Positions 25,689 to 37,818 of a stretch of DNA of 64,000 nucleotides are shown piece after piece; the stretch's first letter is position 1; every line of letters begins with the position of its first letter. This stretch comes from Geosiphon pyriformis uo1 (Eukaryota > Fungi > Glomeromycota). The notes under the pieces are model-generated. The model did no database searches and had not been told where the DNA came from. It was given only the letters and a program-made list of their open reading frames with translations. The DNA is taken from NCBI GenBank assembly GCA_016748015.1, contig JAAOMT010000595.1, forward strand, positions 190,282 through 254,281, given 5' to 3'. The position numbers and the translations under genes are program-made.

Positions 25689-27440
25689 ATGACTCGACCA
25701 ATAAATTCTCTTTATTCTTACTCTTCCTCTTCCTCTTCGTCTTCCTCCTCTTCCTCCTCATTATCATTGTCATCAACAAAGTCTACTTTCTCTGTTCCAG
25801 TGGTACAGAGCAGGCTCGAACACCACCATTATCAACAACTTCAAAAAGAAGCTTTGAGAGGTCAAAAATCCGAAGCAAAATTCCCACCTCAGCAACATCA
25901 ACGGTCAAAATCCGTGTCTAGAGGGAAGCGTCATATTATTGAAACTCCAACTACAATTTTAACCCGTCCTAACAAGAATACTCCCTACGATAATAATAGT
26001 AATAATAATAATAATAGTAGTAGTAGTAATAATAATAATAATAAACGGGTTACGAACAGCTTTGATAGACAGTCGAACTGCATTGAATTTATTAATTCGA
26101 TCAATGGCGGTTCCCATTTCTCTAAAATGTCTGAGGATCCTAGTTCTGCTTTTGTTGCCACAAGTAAACTTAATCGTTATTATAGTCAATCGGTTGAAGG
26201 AGTTGATCATCAGAAAATAACAATCATGAAACGTCCTAAATCTGCTACTGGGTACGTCAATTCCTCCGCTGTTACAGCTTTCAGAAAATCTTCACCAGAA
26301 GTTCAAGAGGATGAAACCAAAATGAATGGACAGCAGCGTCGTTCATCTGTCTTTAATGGGAAATCTCAAAACAATCGTGGAATTTACAATGAAAGACGCG
26401 AGTTAGATATTTCCTTTTCAAAGGTGAAACGAACCAATCAATTCAAAGAAACAAAGTATACAACTCAAACCATAGAAAACCATGATAATTATGTGTGGCT
26501 CAACTCCAATCCTCAACTTGATGAACAACAATTAAAAAGTTCTAGTGATTCCGATGTAAATAGTTATAAGAATTCATACATAAAGCCTGTGCCTTACATG
26601 TCATCACCTTTTGCATATGGTGAATCCGTCAACAAAGGTATTAACGGTTCACCTTCTAAAATCAACAATACCGCCGCTTTCACTCAACTCCTCACGAATA
26701 TTAACGCCAGCAAAGAAACCTCTACCTCTCTCGCTAACATTGACCCTACAGAGTCTTCTAATTCACACCCAATTAATGGCAATATTGCTTCGTTCGAAAG
26801 GCCCTTCAACAAGATGCTTAAACGAAATTCTTCTGTGCATGTTCCCTCAAAGAAACCAACCCTTGAATCCATGCCTCGTCGTCAATCGAGTTCAGCCGTC
26901 GAATTGCGTAGCCAAATTGCTAGCTTTGGTGGGATTAATGTCGTTCCAAACCGTCCTTCGTCAAGCCCAAGATCTACTGGAAGGCCATCAAGTAGTCCAG
27001 CGAGAATTGTGGGATCTCGACTCTACGCTGGTCCAGAATTTCACAATTCGCCCGCGCCCACTGAATTGCCTTTACCTTCTTTCCTAGCTCGCTCTGTTGG
27101 TAAAGATTCTGAATCTGAATTCCCCGAGATTCCATCGCCTCCGAGAACTCTTACCCCTGTGTCCGTGAACGGCAGTCTTTCAGATGACGAAAACATGTTT
27201 ATTATGGATGACATTGATTTTAATGAACAGAATACTCGGCAGCAACAAAAATCTTTGGAGTTGCTCACAATTTTGGCGAACGACATTTTAGCCACCAAAT
27301 TATCTGCTCCTCTACCTGGCTACAATATTCCAGCTCGTATGACTACCGCTCGTCCTCTGCACGTTTATCCTGAGGCTTCTGGACGATACAATTTGACAGA
27401 AATTTCCCAAAATCTGAGAACTCTGCTCAAGATTCAATAA
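25689..27440 (+). CDS. Edc1/PNRC-like mRNA decapping coactivator, 583 aa, intrinsically disordered, intronless
   Basis: Ser/Asn-rich ORF with LYAGPEFHNSPAPTELPLPSF (YAGxxF activation motif plus LPxP Dcp1-binding motif) and C-terminal ISQNLRTLLKIQ. Confidence 0.85.
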   Translation: MTRPINSLYSYSSSSSSSSSSSSSLSLSSTKSTFSVPVVQSRLEHHHYQQLQKEALRGQKSEAKFPPQQHQRSKSVSRGKRHIIETPTTILTRPNKNTPYDNNSNNNNNSSSSNNNNNKRVTNSFDRQSNCIEFINSINGGSHFSKMSEDPSSAFVATSKLNRYYSQSVEGVDHQKITIMKRPKSATGYVNSSAVTAFRKSSPEVQEDETKMNGQQRRSSVFNGKSQNNRGIYNERRELDISFSKVKRTNQFKETKYTTQTIENHDNYVWLNSNPQLDEQQLKSSSDSDVNSYKNSYIKPVPYMSSPFAYGESVNKGINGSPSKINNTAAFTQLLTNINASKETSTSLANIDPTESSNSHPINGNIASFERPFNKMLKRNSSVHVPSKKPTLESMPRRQSSSAVELRSQIASFGGINVVPNRPSSSPRSTGRPSSSPARIVGSRLYAGPEFHNSPAPTELPLPSFLARSVGKDSESEFPEIPSPPRTLTPVSVNGSLSDDENMFIMDDIDFNEQNTRQQQKSLELLTILANDILATKLSAPLPGYNIPARMTTARPLHVYPEASGRYNLTEISQNLRTLLKIQ

Positions 27441-30137
27441 TTATCAACAAGAGAGGCTTTCCTTGCAAAGCGAGAATTACCTTTCAATTTTGGCGGTCTG
27501 TGATATAAAAAAAGTATTTTAATAATTCGCAAGTCGCAATAATTCCTATAAAAATCTGACTAGCTCAGGTTTAGAATACATCCCTTCTGCATAATACTTC
27601 ATTGTAAATTTTTGTTTTAATTTCTGCACATTTTTTTAGAATTCGTCGTCCCTTTTTTTCGTTGTAAAAATTTTGCATTTTCCCTTCTCCCCCTTTTTTT
27701 ATTCTTTTGCTGATAGCATGTCACGCGCCCTTTTTTAGAATGGCAAACGGCACTGATAATTGTACAGTGTTTGGCGGGACAGTAGTTGGGTTGGTGTTGT
27801 AATAAGACTATTAGCCCCTTCAATCACTGCAATCCCCATAGAACTTTCACGCAATTGAAAACCTCTCAACGTTTCACCTATTCTTCCCTTTCAAAGTATC
27901 CAACGCTAATCAAATCAATGACATCATTTCCCTTCTTCATATTACTCTTAACCCTACTAACCTGTCCTTTCCTATACACGATTTCATCAGATTTGATCTG
28001 GTAATGGGTCATTCGCAAATTCTCTACGTAAATCTTATGGGACGCTTTTTGAGATTCATGTTTCATTCCTGAAACTTGAAGACAATCTTGGTTCTTTGAG
28101 ATGTCTTCCATTTCCCTTTTTAATCATTATGTTATTTTCCATGTTACCTTAACGCGACAACTGTCACTTTGAAATACCCAAAGATATTGAACCCTTTCCA
28201 TAGTGACATGCCTTTTCAGATTGATCTCTTTGGCTCTTGCTTCTTTATTTGTTAATGATATGTTTGCGACCTCTAATTTGGTCTTTATATTTGCTCCTTG
28301 TTCCTACAAACATCCAAAAAAAAAACATTTGTGTCTGTATTTTTTGTATTTGTAGCTCTTAGTATAGGATGCAAAAAGCACACAATTTTGGTCTTTATTA
28401 TACTTTGGCATTATTTATTTGATGGCCTCTTGGGGCATGCACTGTTCTTTGGTCATATCACATCAACCAATTTGTCATCAATAAATTCCCTTCCGTGCCA
28501 AAAAATTGGAATTCTGATTTAAACACTTTTTTTTAATCATACAGCTTCATATTCTGAAGCTTGTTGTATGTGCTTCAAAATCGTGTAAGTAATGGTATAC
28601 AAATCCTCCAGGGGTCTATGCCTCAATTGAGCTCATTATCCATGTTGATTTGCCTTTGTTCTACACCTGGGATACTAACCCTGATCACTTGAATTTCTTC
28701 CGAGTTTGTAATACAGATCCTTTTATCAGCGACCTCTAAGCACAAGTGTTTCGTGTTGGGTACAAACTGCTTCTCATTACGGAGAAACCTTCATTTCTTT
28801 TGAACCTTCGCAAATGAGCTTTATTAACTTGTATAAACTTGTATTTTTAGGACGAGCACGTTATTATCTGGTTATACTCTGGAATATACCCAAAATGAGT
28901 TTGATTTGATTGATACGGAATAAATTATTTCCAGATCCTGCGATATACGAATGTGCACGAGGGGGTAAGTATTTCTAGATTATGTGTCTTGTATGAGAAT
29001 ATTTGGTACGCATCGTTTCGCAAACTCTTGTCAGTACTGGAATAGACCTGTAAGTGGGCACAAATTAACAGCAATAAAAAGGTATCAATTTGTCCCGAAA
29101 GACTCGGGAAAGATCTTGGTCGTTTCCAAGATTAGAATTTGAGTATTTCCATTGATTCTTTGTTCTTTTTTTTCAATTGCTTCTGTATGAAATTCGGGAT
29201 AATTGTAAAAGAAAATCAATTTTAATTGTTATGCAGTGCAGCGCTATGTCTAAGATTTTGGGGCTGTTATATTATAATGAATATTTTGATAAACTCCAAG
29301 CCTTAAATCGCCAATGCGCATAATATCACAACCGTACTATACCATTTATTTAATTAATTGGAATGCATCTACGCATTCCATTACATTGTTCCCCAAATCC
29401 ATACTCAATGTGTTACAACCATGATTAACGCATACGAGAAAAGAAATATGGTAGCAAAAATGGTATTTAATAATGTTTGGAAAAAAAGCAATTGTCCTTT
29501 AGTAATTACAATGGGGAATATCATTATTTCAGCATATTGACCAATAATTAATGACTTGTTCTTTGAAGCACTTGGCTAGGGGTTTTAAAATGGTTTGCAT
29601 AATTATTGGAAAATCGGAAAATTCCGGGTATAGTATTTTGTGCATTAATTCCCCGATTTGAGTTGATATATTTACATCAAATATTCCTATTTGAAAATTT
29701 GTATGAATTCTCGGTTTCCCTTTGCTAAAATCTGATCTGCTTGTTACATTCATAAATACAATTTTTTGGTTAGATTGTGAAATATTACAAGTTCGAAATC
29801 GAAAACCTGTTATTTATTTCGATTAATTGCCTCGCATGGTTGATTATCATAATCATCTCGTGAAAGAAATATATTTGTAAAGATACTTTAAAACCGTATG
29901 TTTGATAAGCTAATTGTATTTTCTAGGAATATCCTTTGGAGAAAATCTATATTTATCAGATTAAGGAAATATTTACATAAAGAGGATTATAGTCTAGTTG
30001 TCCTTAATCAATCACCAATCACCATCCCCAAAAATATCGAAATTTTCAAACGATTTTTGAGTACTGATATACGTTTTATAATGCCATAAGATGTTTAACA
30101 CTCGGGTTAGAAAAAAGTATGAAGGAATTTACAATTC

Positions 30138-31066
30138 TCAGATCGGATGTAAAATCATTGCATTTAATGCGGCGACCAAATCGCCTTGATTTTCGCGAAG
30201 ATAACGATCAGCGACGGATTTCTCTACTTCCATTTCATTCATCTAGGTTTTTAAAAGGGAAAGAAAAATTGTGCTATATACAGAGGTTGGAGAAATGTAA
30301 GGTCATTTTAGGCCTAGAGGAAAATACCTACAATAAGCTCTATATCCTCTTTTGAGACTTTGACCTTTTCCAGCTCTTGCATCCTAAATTATTACGTTCA
30401 GAGTTTACAACAGAATCAAGTATATTAAGACAATGTTAAAGAAACAAACAATAAACGTAAGCCTCAAGACTGCATACACTCTACATACCTTTGAAGTTTC
30501 AGCTCTTTTTGTTTCTGATTTTCCTCTTTCACATATGACAATGCCTAAGATTGAGAAAGAAACTGGAGGTTATCTCTGCCAGTTACACTACATTGATCAA
30601 GCAAAAAATTCCCCACTCAAAAATTCAGATTTGGATCTAAAAATCAAGATCAAACCTTATTTAGTCTAGATTCATCAATTCTTTCCCCACTAGCTTTTTC
30701 AGCATGATATCCTTCTACATCTTGCATGTCTTTTTTGGCTTTTCCTTTGAACCCTTTCTGTTGTTCCTCCAGCTGTTGCTCCTCTTCTAAACCCGCTTGT
30801 TCTTCTTGCTGCTCGGAGGAAGCGGCAGCAGCTCCAGCTGTTGTAGACGAAACTCCGGTTTTTGTTCCTCGTGAAATGGTTTTTGTGGTTTGACCAGCCG
30901 TAGAAGTTTTCGCTCCAGGAGACTGGTGATTATGGTGGTGATGGTGTGTCGAGGTCGTTGACGACAAGGTTGTGGCGGTGTGCGAAGTATGAGACGTTGT
31001 ACTGGTGCTCGTTGTTGCAGCAGTGGTTCTTGTCGAAGAACTAGCCTTTCTTTTGTTTTTAGACAT
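30138..31066 (-). CDS. HYPK: Huntingtin-interacting protein K (NatA regulator with C-terminal UBA-like domain); exons 31066-30656, 30544-30489, 30383-30332, 30242-30138; 207 aa
   Basis: Spliced product ...KKDMQDVEGYHAEK...RLNK|ALSYVKEENQKQKELKLQR|MQELEKVKVSKEDIELI|MNEMEVEKSVADRYLRENQGDLVAALNAMI; three GT-AG introns keep the frame. Confidence 0.9.
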
Positions 31067-31673
31067 ATTTTTTAGAAGAATAGAAAATATGGATAGAAGA
31101 AATTTAGTGCCCAGTGACGAAACTTGGAAACAACCCCAAAGCGAAAAAGTGATTTCGATCAACGGTTTGTTCAATCTTCCATTGACGATTACCCTGATAA
31201 ATGTGGCACCTGATGTGGCATGTACCAAGCCATCCTAACATCTTATCTTTTATCATGATAATCATTCTGACATGCAATTACAATACATATTTCCTAAATT
31301 TGTCTATTATATTTTCGTTGAAAATGAAACCTTTTTAAAATAACGAGTAATTGCACAAAGTTTACGATAAATACAAATGTCCCGAAAGATTTATTTGCTA
31401 TTTTTACATAAAAGGTAATCATTAAGCCTCACCTATCCAATTAAAGCCCATGAATTTTTAGAATGTATTAAATACAGAGAAACCAAAATTGACTAATAAT
31501 TATTAAGAATTTAAAGAAAATCAAACCTCGACTTTAAAACTAAAGCGAATATTATAGGGGAAATATTTTGGTCCGAGGATACAGCATTTAGAATATCCCC
31601 AGGTTCAAATTTTTGATGGCCGGCCTTTGCAACTAGTTTGAGATTCTTGAGGGATACTCTTGAATTTATAAAA

Positions 31674-34600
31674 TTATAGCCCTGAAGAAACGCTTGTGTC
31701 AATATCATCATATCGAGGTTGTCCTGTTTCACCCTGTGCTCTTGCCGCAAGCACGACTTCTTTACGCGTGTTGAGATGTTGTAATGTGGCACGGAAATGC
31801 TTTACAACATATTCAGAAATATTACCTTCGGCTTCAATCATTGCAGAGGAAGCCGACGTTGGAGGATGTTGATCAGGATTGTCCATGGTTGTAAGATTTG
31901 TATTTATGAGATCGATCAATCCATTGAGATATTTTACCGTAACCTGGATGGCAAGCATAAATTGATAAATAAATAATGAAATAAATCATGAATGTTCTTG
32001 GTTTACATACAGCATCATTCTGTCGTTCGAAATAATATATATATCTGTTGAGTATCTCAACAAATAACTCGACATTGGTGACAGAATCCATACACGAATC
32101 AGCTATTTTGAGGGCTTTCTGTAAGCATTCAAGAACTCGTTTGCCATCACGATAAAGTTCCTATATGCAAAATAGTAGGTTGATAAATAGATCCGTCACC
32201 CAATTACATATAAACTATTATCAAAAAAAGTTTACAGACCTCGATTGGTTTTTCGTTGCGCCCATCAACTGCTGTAGCCCACCATAAATGACTTGATAAA
32301 TAGACAGCTCGACATTGATCAGGTTTCTTTAATAATTTGCTACCATGTAAAGCACACTTTGTTATTAGCGTATCATAATTTTCCGCTCCAAAAACACGAG
32401 TACTCTGTAAAGTGCCAATGATGAGTGTGATGGCCTGGAATTGGGCTCTTGATTCAGATATGGATTCTTCATATATGGTAAATGCCTATTTGAGGGAGAA
32501 TATATATCTATAAATTCTCATGAAAATTTCGATTTTGCTATAGCCCAAAGGCCATTAAAAAACACGTTTTAATCCAATACCTGTACGAAAAATTCATAGC
32601 AAACTTCTTCAAAGCCACATTCATCTGCGCTTTGTCCAGCTAGAAGGAAAAGCCTAAGGCACATATCTGAGCATTCAACTTTTTTATAGAGAATCGATAT
32701 AACTTGATGTATAAAACGGAACAAGTTTGATGTTTTCTTGTCCCAGCCATTATCATGTCCCTCCAAATTTTTATAATGTCTAGCCAGCTTTATAGCGGAT
32801 ATTGCGAGAGATGGGAAGGTATATCTTATCCTTTCACCACCTTCAGCGAATTGTTTTCGAGCTGTTGCTAATAACTATCAAAATCGACAAAATTCAAATT
32901 TTCAAAATAAGTTTAAAACATCCAACGCAAGTCAATTTAATGCGAACATTAATCAAGAATTTACCATGAATTGACCATCTGGATCCTCATTTTTGAACAA
33001 GTGAATAATTCTTGCCAGCCAGCCTTGCTCTTCTGCAAATTCTTCGGGGTCCATGAGTGGTGGATTATTGCTAGATCCTCTCCCTCGACCACTTACAAAA
33101 TTGCTGAAAGGACTCGAAACGGCATCTTTTTGATCACGAATAAGGACATTGCAAAGGTTCAAAATCCCATTTACTTCCTCAGCGGTGTCGATGATTGTTT
33201 CGTATTTAAGGATGGATGAGACAATCGCATGTGCGATAGCACGTCGCGTTGAAAAGGGTTGTAATGAAAGTAGGGGAGCGTAATTTGGGAAAGCAAGAAG
33301 TGTGAGCACTGTAGAATATGAATTTATTGGTGCAAGGAGGAGGTTAAGGAGATTTGCAATAGTAACCGAATTGTGAAGATCAGGATTTTGGCTTTTTTGG
33401 TTTCAAACAATAAAGATGAAGTAAATTAGATAATTCCTTTATTAAAGTGAACCATTTACAAAAAAAATACCTCTCGCTGAATTCGATGAATTTGATCTTG
33501 GCAAACTTGATAACTTGATCCACGTATTCAATTTTATCAGGGTAGCAACTCAAAGAAAGGTTGACTAAAGATACAAGCAATGCAGTGATATCTTGTATGG
33601 AGAGATCTGGCCGCGCCTATTATTATAAGATTTTAGGAGCTGGGATTTATACCTAAAATAAATTCGATCGAGTTTGGTTTACCTTAACCAAATTAACAAT
33701 CTGATCCCAAAAGACCTCAAACAATTTGACATCCTCTGGAATTCCACGGAATTTTTTGACGACAGGCTCTTGAATTTCAGGAGAGTGAAGAACTTCATAA
33801 GATTCCTCATTTTTTTCTTCGATTTCTTTGGGCTTTTCCAAATCTATGACTTCATGAAAGCCACCCTCATCCTCGAAACCACCCTTTTCAAGGAAAACTT
33901 CTTCAGGAACAGTCTGTCCCTCATGTTCTGACGAAGCATGAAGAAATTCTTCTTCATGCCCTAACCTATGCCTTAATTTCTCTGCCAACCGTTTGGCAGC
34001 TTCTTCCTCCTGCCTTTTGATTTCTTCTGGGGGTTCTGAATCAGCCTCACGTGCTGCATATGCGGCTAAGCGATCAATTAAGGCAATTACTATTTGTTTC
34101 ACGTTAACTTTAGGGTGAAGTTGAGCCGTCGCTGATAGATAAGAGCTGAGGGTTCTTAGATGAAAATCGTCATGGAATACCTAGAAAATAGAACTTAATT
34201 TCGAAAAAATATGGATAAAATCTAAGCAAGGTTTTATGAACAAAACTCACTTGAATGATTACTTCCATTAAATATTCTTGTGCTATGACATCTTTACAGT
34301 TAATGACTTGCTCCAGTATAGCAGGAAGAATCGTCTATAAGAAATATTCGTTTTTTTAAGCGTAAAACTTTTCTGAGTCAAAGAAATGAGTAATAACTAT
34401 GTAGAATTTTATTTCGCCGATCGGTTGTAGTAAATGAATACCTTTTGATATAACGTCAAATCAACGCCATCCAATTGACTCAGCCGTACTAAGTTCGTTC
34501 CAACTAGTATCTTCAACTCTTTACGTTCCATCTCACGTTTCTCTCGATCGCGTGAATGTCCTTGATGCTGTAGGCGAACCCAAAGTTTATTCATCTCAAT

Positions 34601-35328
34601 AAAGTTGGTGAGAATAAATGAAATTGAATCTTGAAGATTTCCTGGCGGGCTACCAAGAAGCCGAGGTATTAGTGATCGGCGAAGATTGAAATCAATCATC
34701 CTCATACAAATATTATGACCCTACCCTTGATCATTTCCAATTGGAAGCGAATCTCGCGTCATACCACTCAAATAATGTCTCAAAAATAATCCACGCGTGG
34801 GATGTTGTACACCTCGAGACATTTCCATAATATCTTTCATGATTTCTTTCACTGGTGCATCTTTCTGTGACATGTAACAACTCCCTACGGTGATCATTAA
34901 ATACAATCGAGGAATTATATTTCCTGCATATTGTACCAATTCGTAAAGATCGGCAAGATGATGTTTTCCCGAATGATGCCCATCATTTAAATATGTAGTT
35001 AGATGACGAAGAGCATCAAATATAGCCATGTATAGTTCATAATAATGTTTTGGAGTCAATGCTGAAGTTCGCAACTCTGCAAGCATAGTTGAGCAGTGCT
35101 TAAGTCCGTCCATGAGTTTATTATTATCAATGCAACGCTTCATTTGGAAAGCTTGTACTTTGACAACACTAAGCTAATAGAATGCAAGAATATAATTACA
35201 CGATTCGAAGAGAATTAGCCCCCAGATAGAATACAATCTGTCAAAGAGGAATAGTGGTAAGAACATAGCAATACCGCTTCTTCCAAAAGCTTAGCCTGAT
35301 CCTCCAAGGAAACAGGTGTGGAGGCCAT
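31674..35328 (-). CDS. VPS35: Retromer cargo-selective subunit Vps35, about 10 exons
   Basis: [18 protein letters not shown] start, [84 protein letters not shown]. Confidence 0.97.
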
Positions 35329-35392
35329 TTTAAAAACTGAGTATATGGTGTAGTTTTGAAATTCTAGTCTTTTTTTTGTTTAAATGTTCGCA

Positions 35393-35457
35393 TCACGTGG
35401 CTAAGCAGTTGATATCAAACATCCCGACTGGTCGGAATTCCTCCGCTTTCACGTGAC
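35393..35457. promoter_or_regulatory. Two CACGTG E-boxes upstream of VPS35 (TCACGTGG and TCACGTGAC)
   Basis: CACGTG at 35394-35399 and 35450-35455, 66 and 122 bp upstream of the ATG; function is inferred. Confidence 0.5.
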
Positions 35458-36379
35458 ATTAACCTTGACGGTTATGCTAATTAATTAAAAAACACTTAAC
35501 TAAATGTTGAAAAATATACATTCAATTAAGTTATTTAAATTAACCAGATAAATTAAAATAATTTTTATGGCTGAATGTTAGTTTTGCTTAAATTAAAAAT
35601 GGTTAACATATTTTTTTAAAAAATCACAAAAATTTTTTTGATGCTTAATAATTATTGCAAATTTTTTTAAATACTTAATAATTATTACAAACAAACTTAT
35701 TAAAATAATTTAAATAATATAATTTTTAAAAAAACCAAATTTAATAATAATTACTTATTTATAAAAATTTTTAAAAAAATACACAAAAAAATTTGCTAAA
35801 AATAAAAAACTGGTTTTATTATTGATTTTAAAAAAATTGAATAAAAAATTATAATAATAATAATACCAAAAATAATAACAATAATTAACAACAAATTATT
35901 AAAATAAATTAAAAACCAAATTTAATAATTAATTATATATAAAAAACATAAGCTGTATTTATTATAAAATATATTTAGTTTTATATTTATAAATAATAGT
36001 AAAATTATATTATATAATACAAAAAAACTTAAAAGCAAATAATATATAATATTAATTTATTATTTAATATTTGTTTTATTTTTTTATTAATAAATAAAAT
36101 TTAACTATTTTTAATATAATATAACATGTTAAGTATTTTAAATTAAACATAATTTATATACTTATTATATGTAATTAATTATTTAAATCAATTAAAACAA
36201 TATTATATATTTATACAAATTATGAATTTATTGTTCAAATTTAAAAAAAAACCATTATTTATATATATTAAATTTAATAGTAAATATTTCAATAATATTA
36301 AGTATATAAATCATATTTTTTAATAATTATTTAAGAAATCATATAACATATATAAAAAGTTTAATACACTCAATTTTCA

Positions 36380-37540
36380 TAATTAATGTTGGATTAAATA
36401 AAGACATGTTTTTAATCTGATTAAAAACAAAAATTTTTCTGTTGAGTAAATAAAGATTAAAAGACATTTAGATATTTAAGATAATATTAAAGTTAATGTG
36501 TTTACAGATACAACCACTTACTTTCCTCTTTTTTTGCCAGTTAGAATTTGGAAATAGTTTTTAATGACTAAAAAAACAGTTATATCTGGCAATACTTATT
36601 ATTTCATTTGTGATTTATACAAATTTAATTTGTTATGCTCAATAGAAAGCTGTTTTTAATTATAATATGATTCTAATATGTTATTAAAAAAAATAGATTG
36701 GACAGCTACCACAAAAGTCTGGCACCCTGATTTATATATACTGTTTGAATTTATTAGTAAAAATTCTGTCAATTTATACATGTATTTAATAAAAATTGTA
36801 TATAGATAACTGTCAGTAGTAGTTAGGAAGAAGTTATATGACAAAATATATCTTAATGTACTATATTTGCTGTATAACAAAATAGAGTTATCTGATCATG
36901 TTTTTATTTATATTAAGAATATTGATATCTAAGAAAACATTTTGGTTAAAGTTTTTGCAAAATAGGTGTTATTGGTAGATGCTTTTTGCTTGCTTTTTTC
37001 TACTGTTTTGCAATTACTTGCTTTGTGTTTTTTTGATGTAAATTTGTACACAGCAATTTGCAAAGATTTTATATTAAAAAATTAATATGCTAAAACTGTT
37101 ATGGTTTTTAATAGAAAAAAAAGAGCTGCCTCCACTTTTGTTAACTATGTGGACCATTTAATAGAATTATATTGTATTAAAACATGGTTTATAAGATCTA
37201 TACATAGAGTAATTATGGAAAAAGCTAAGTTAATTAAGGATAATAATCTGGTTTTAAATTTATCTTGTAGTGTAGTTTTTATATTGTTAAATAGGGTAGT
37301 TTAAATGCTTAATATTCTGAAATTTTTTGCTATTAGTTTTGGTAGATATAGACTGTGTCTTTTTTTTCTGGTATAAATGAAGATACTTATGTTAATATAG
37401 ACATATAGTGTTGTTTTATTTGGCCCAAGTTGCTGATCACATATAGTAAGAGTATAAACTGCATTTAGTTAAACCACTTAGTTTGAATCTATGTATTAAA
37501 TAGCAGTTGGACTTTATTTATAAAGTATTTAATAAAAAAA
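36380..37540 (+). mobile_element. 5'-truncated LINE copy (end of RNase H to 3' UTR and poly(A)), same family as 864-7647
   Basis: Collinear with ~6490-7647: KIKRHLDI*DNIKVN, RKKLYDKIYLNVLYLLYNKIELSDHVF, shared 3' UTR, A-tract at ~37534-37539. Confidence 0.88.
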
Positions 37541-37575
37541 TATATATAAAAAATTATTAATGTCAACTAATTACT

Positions 37576-37818
37576 TTTTTTTATTATAAGATTTTATGAA
37601 TAAAGCCCAACTGTTATTTAGTATATAGAACCAAACTAAATAGATCAAATTAAATACAGTTTATGTATTTGCTATATGTGGCTAGTTATTCAAGTTAGTC
37701 AAAACAACATTACACTTTTATGCTAATAAAAACATTACCACCTAAACCAAAAAAAATAACACATTTTATGTCTATCAAAATTAACAGCAAAGAATCCCAT
37801 AATACCAAGCATATACAC
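37576..37818 (-). mobile_element. Inverted LINE 3' end (last codons, 3' UTR, poly(A)), truncated by the LTR at 37819
   Basis: Reverse complement aligns with 37295-37540 and 7405-7647; T-tract at 37576-37582. Confidence 0.85.

Noticed and set aside
26611-27087. 158-aa overlapping ORF inside the Edc1-like gene
   Set aside because: Non-ATG start, alternate frame of a Ser/Pro-rich CDS, no motif.
30650-31228. 192-aa single-exon ORF as listed in the track
   Set aside because: Starts at a non-ATG codon; the real gene starts at 31066 and splices at 30656 to encode HYPK.
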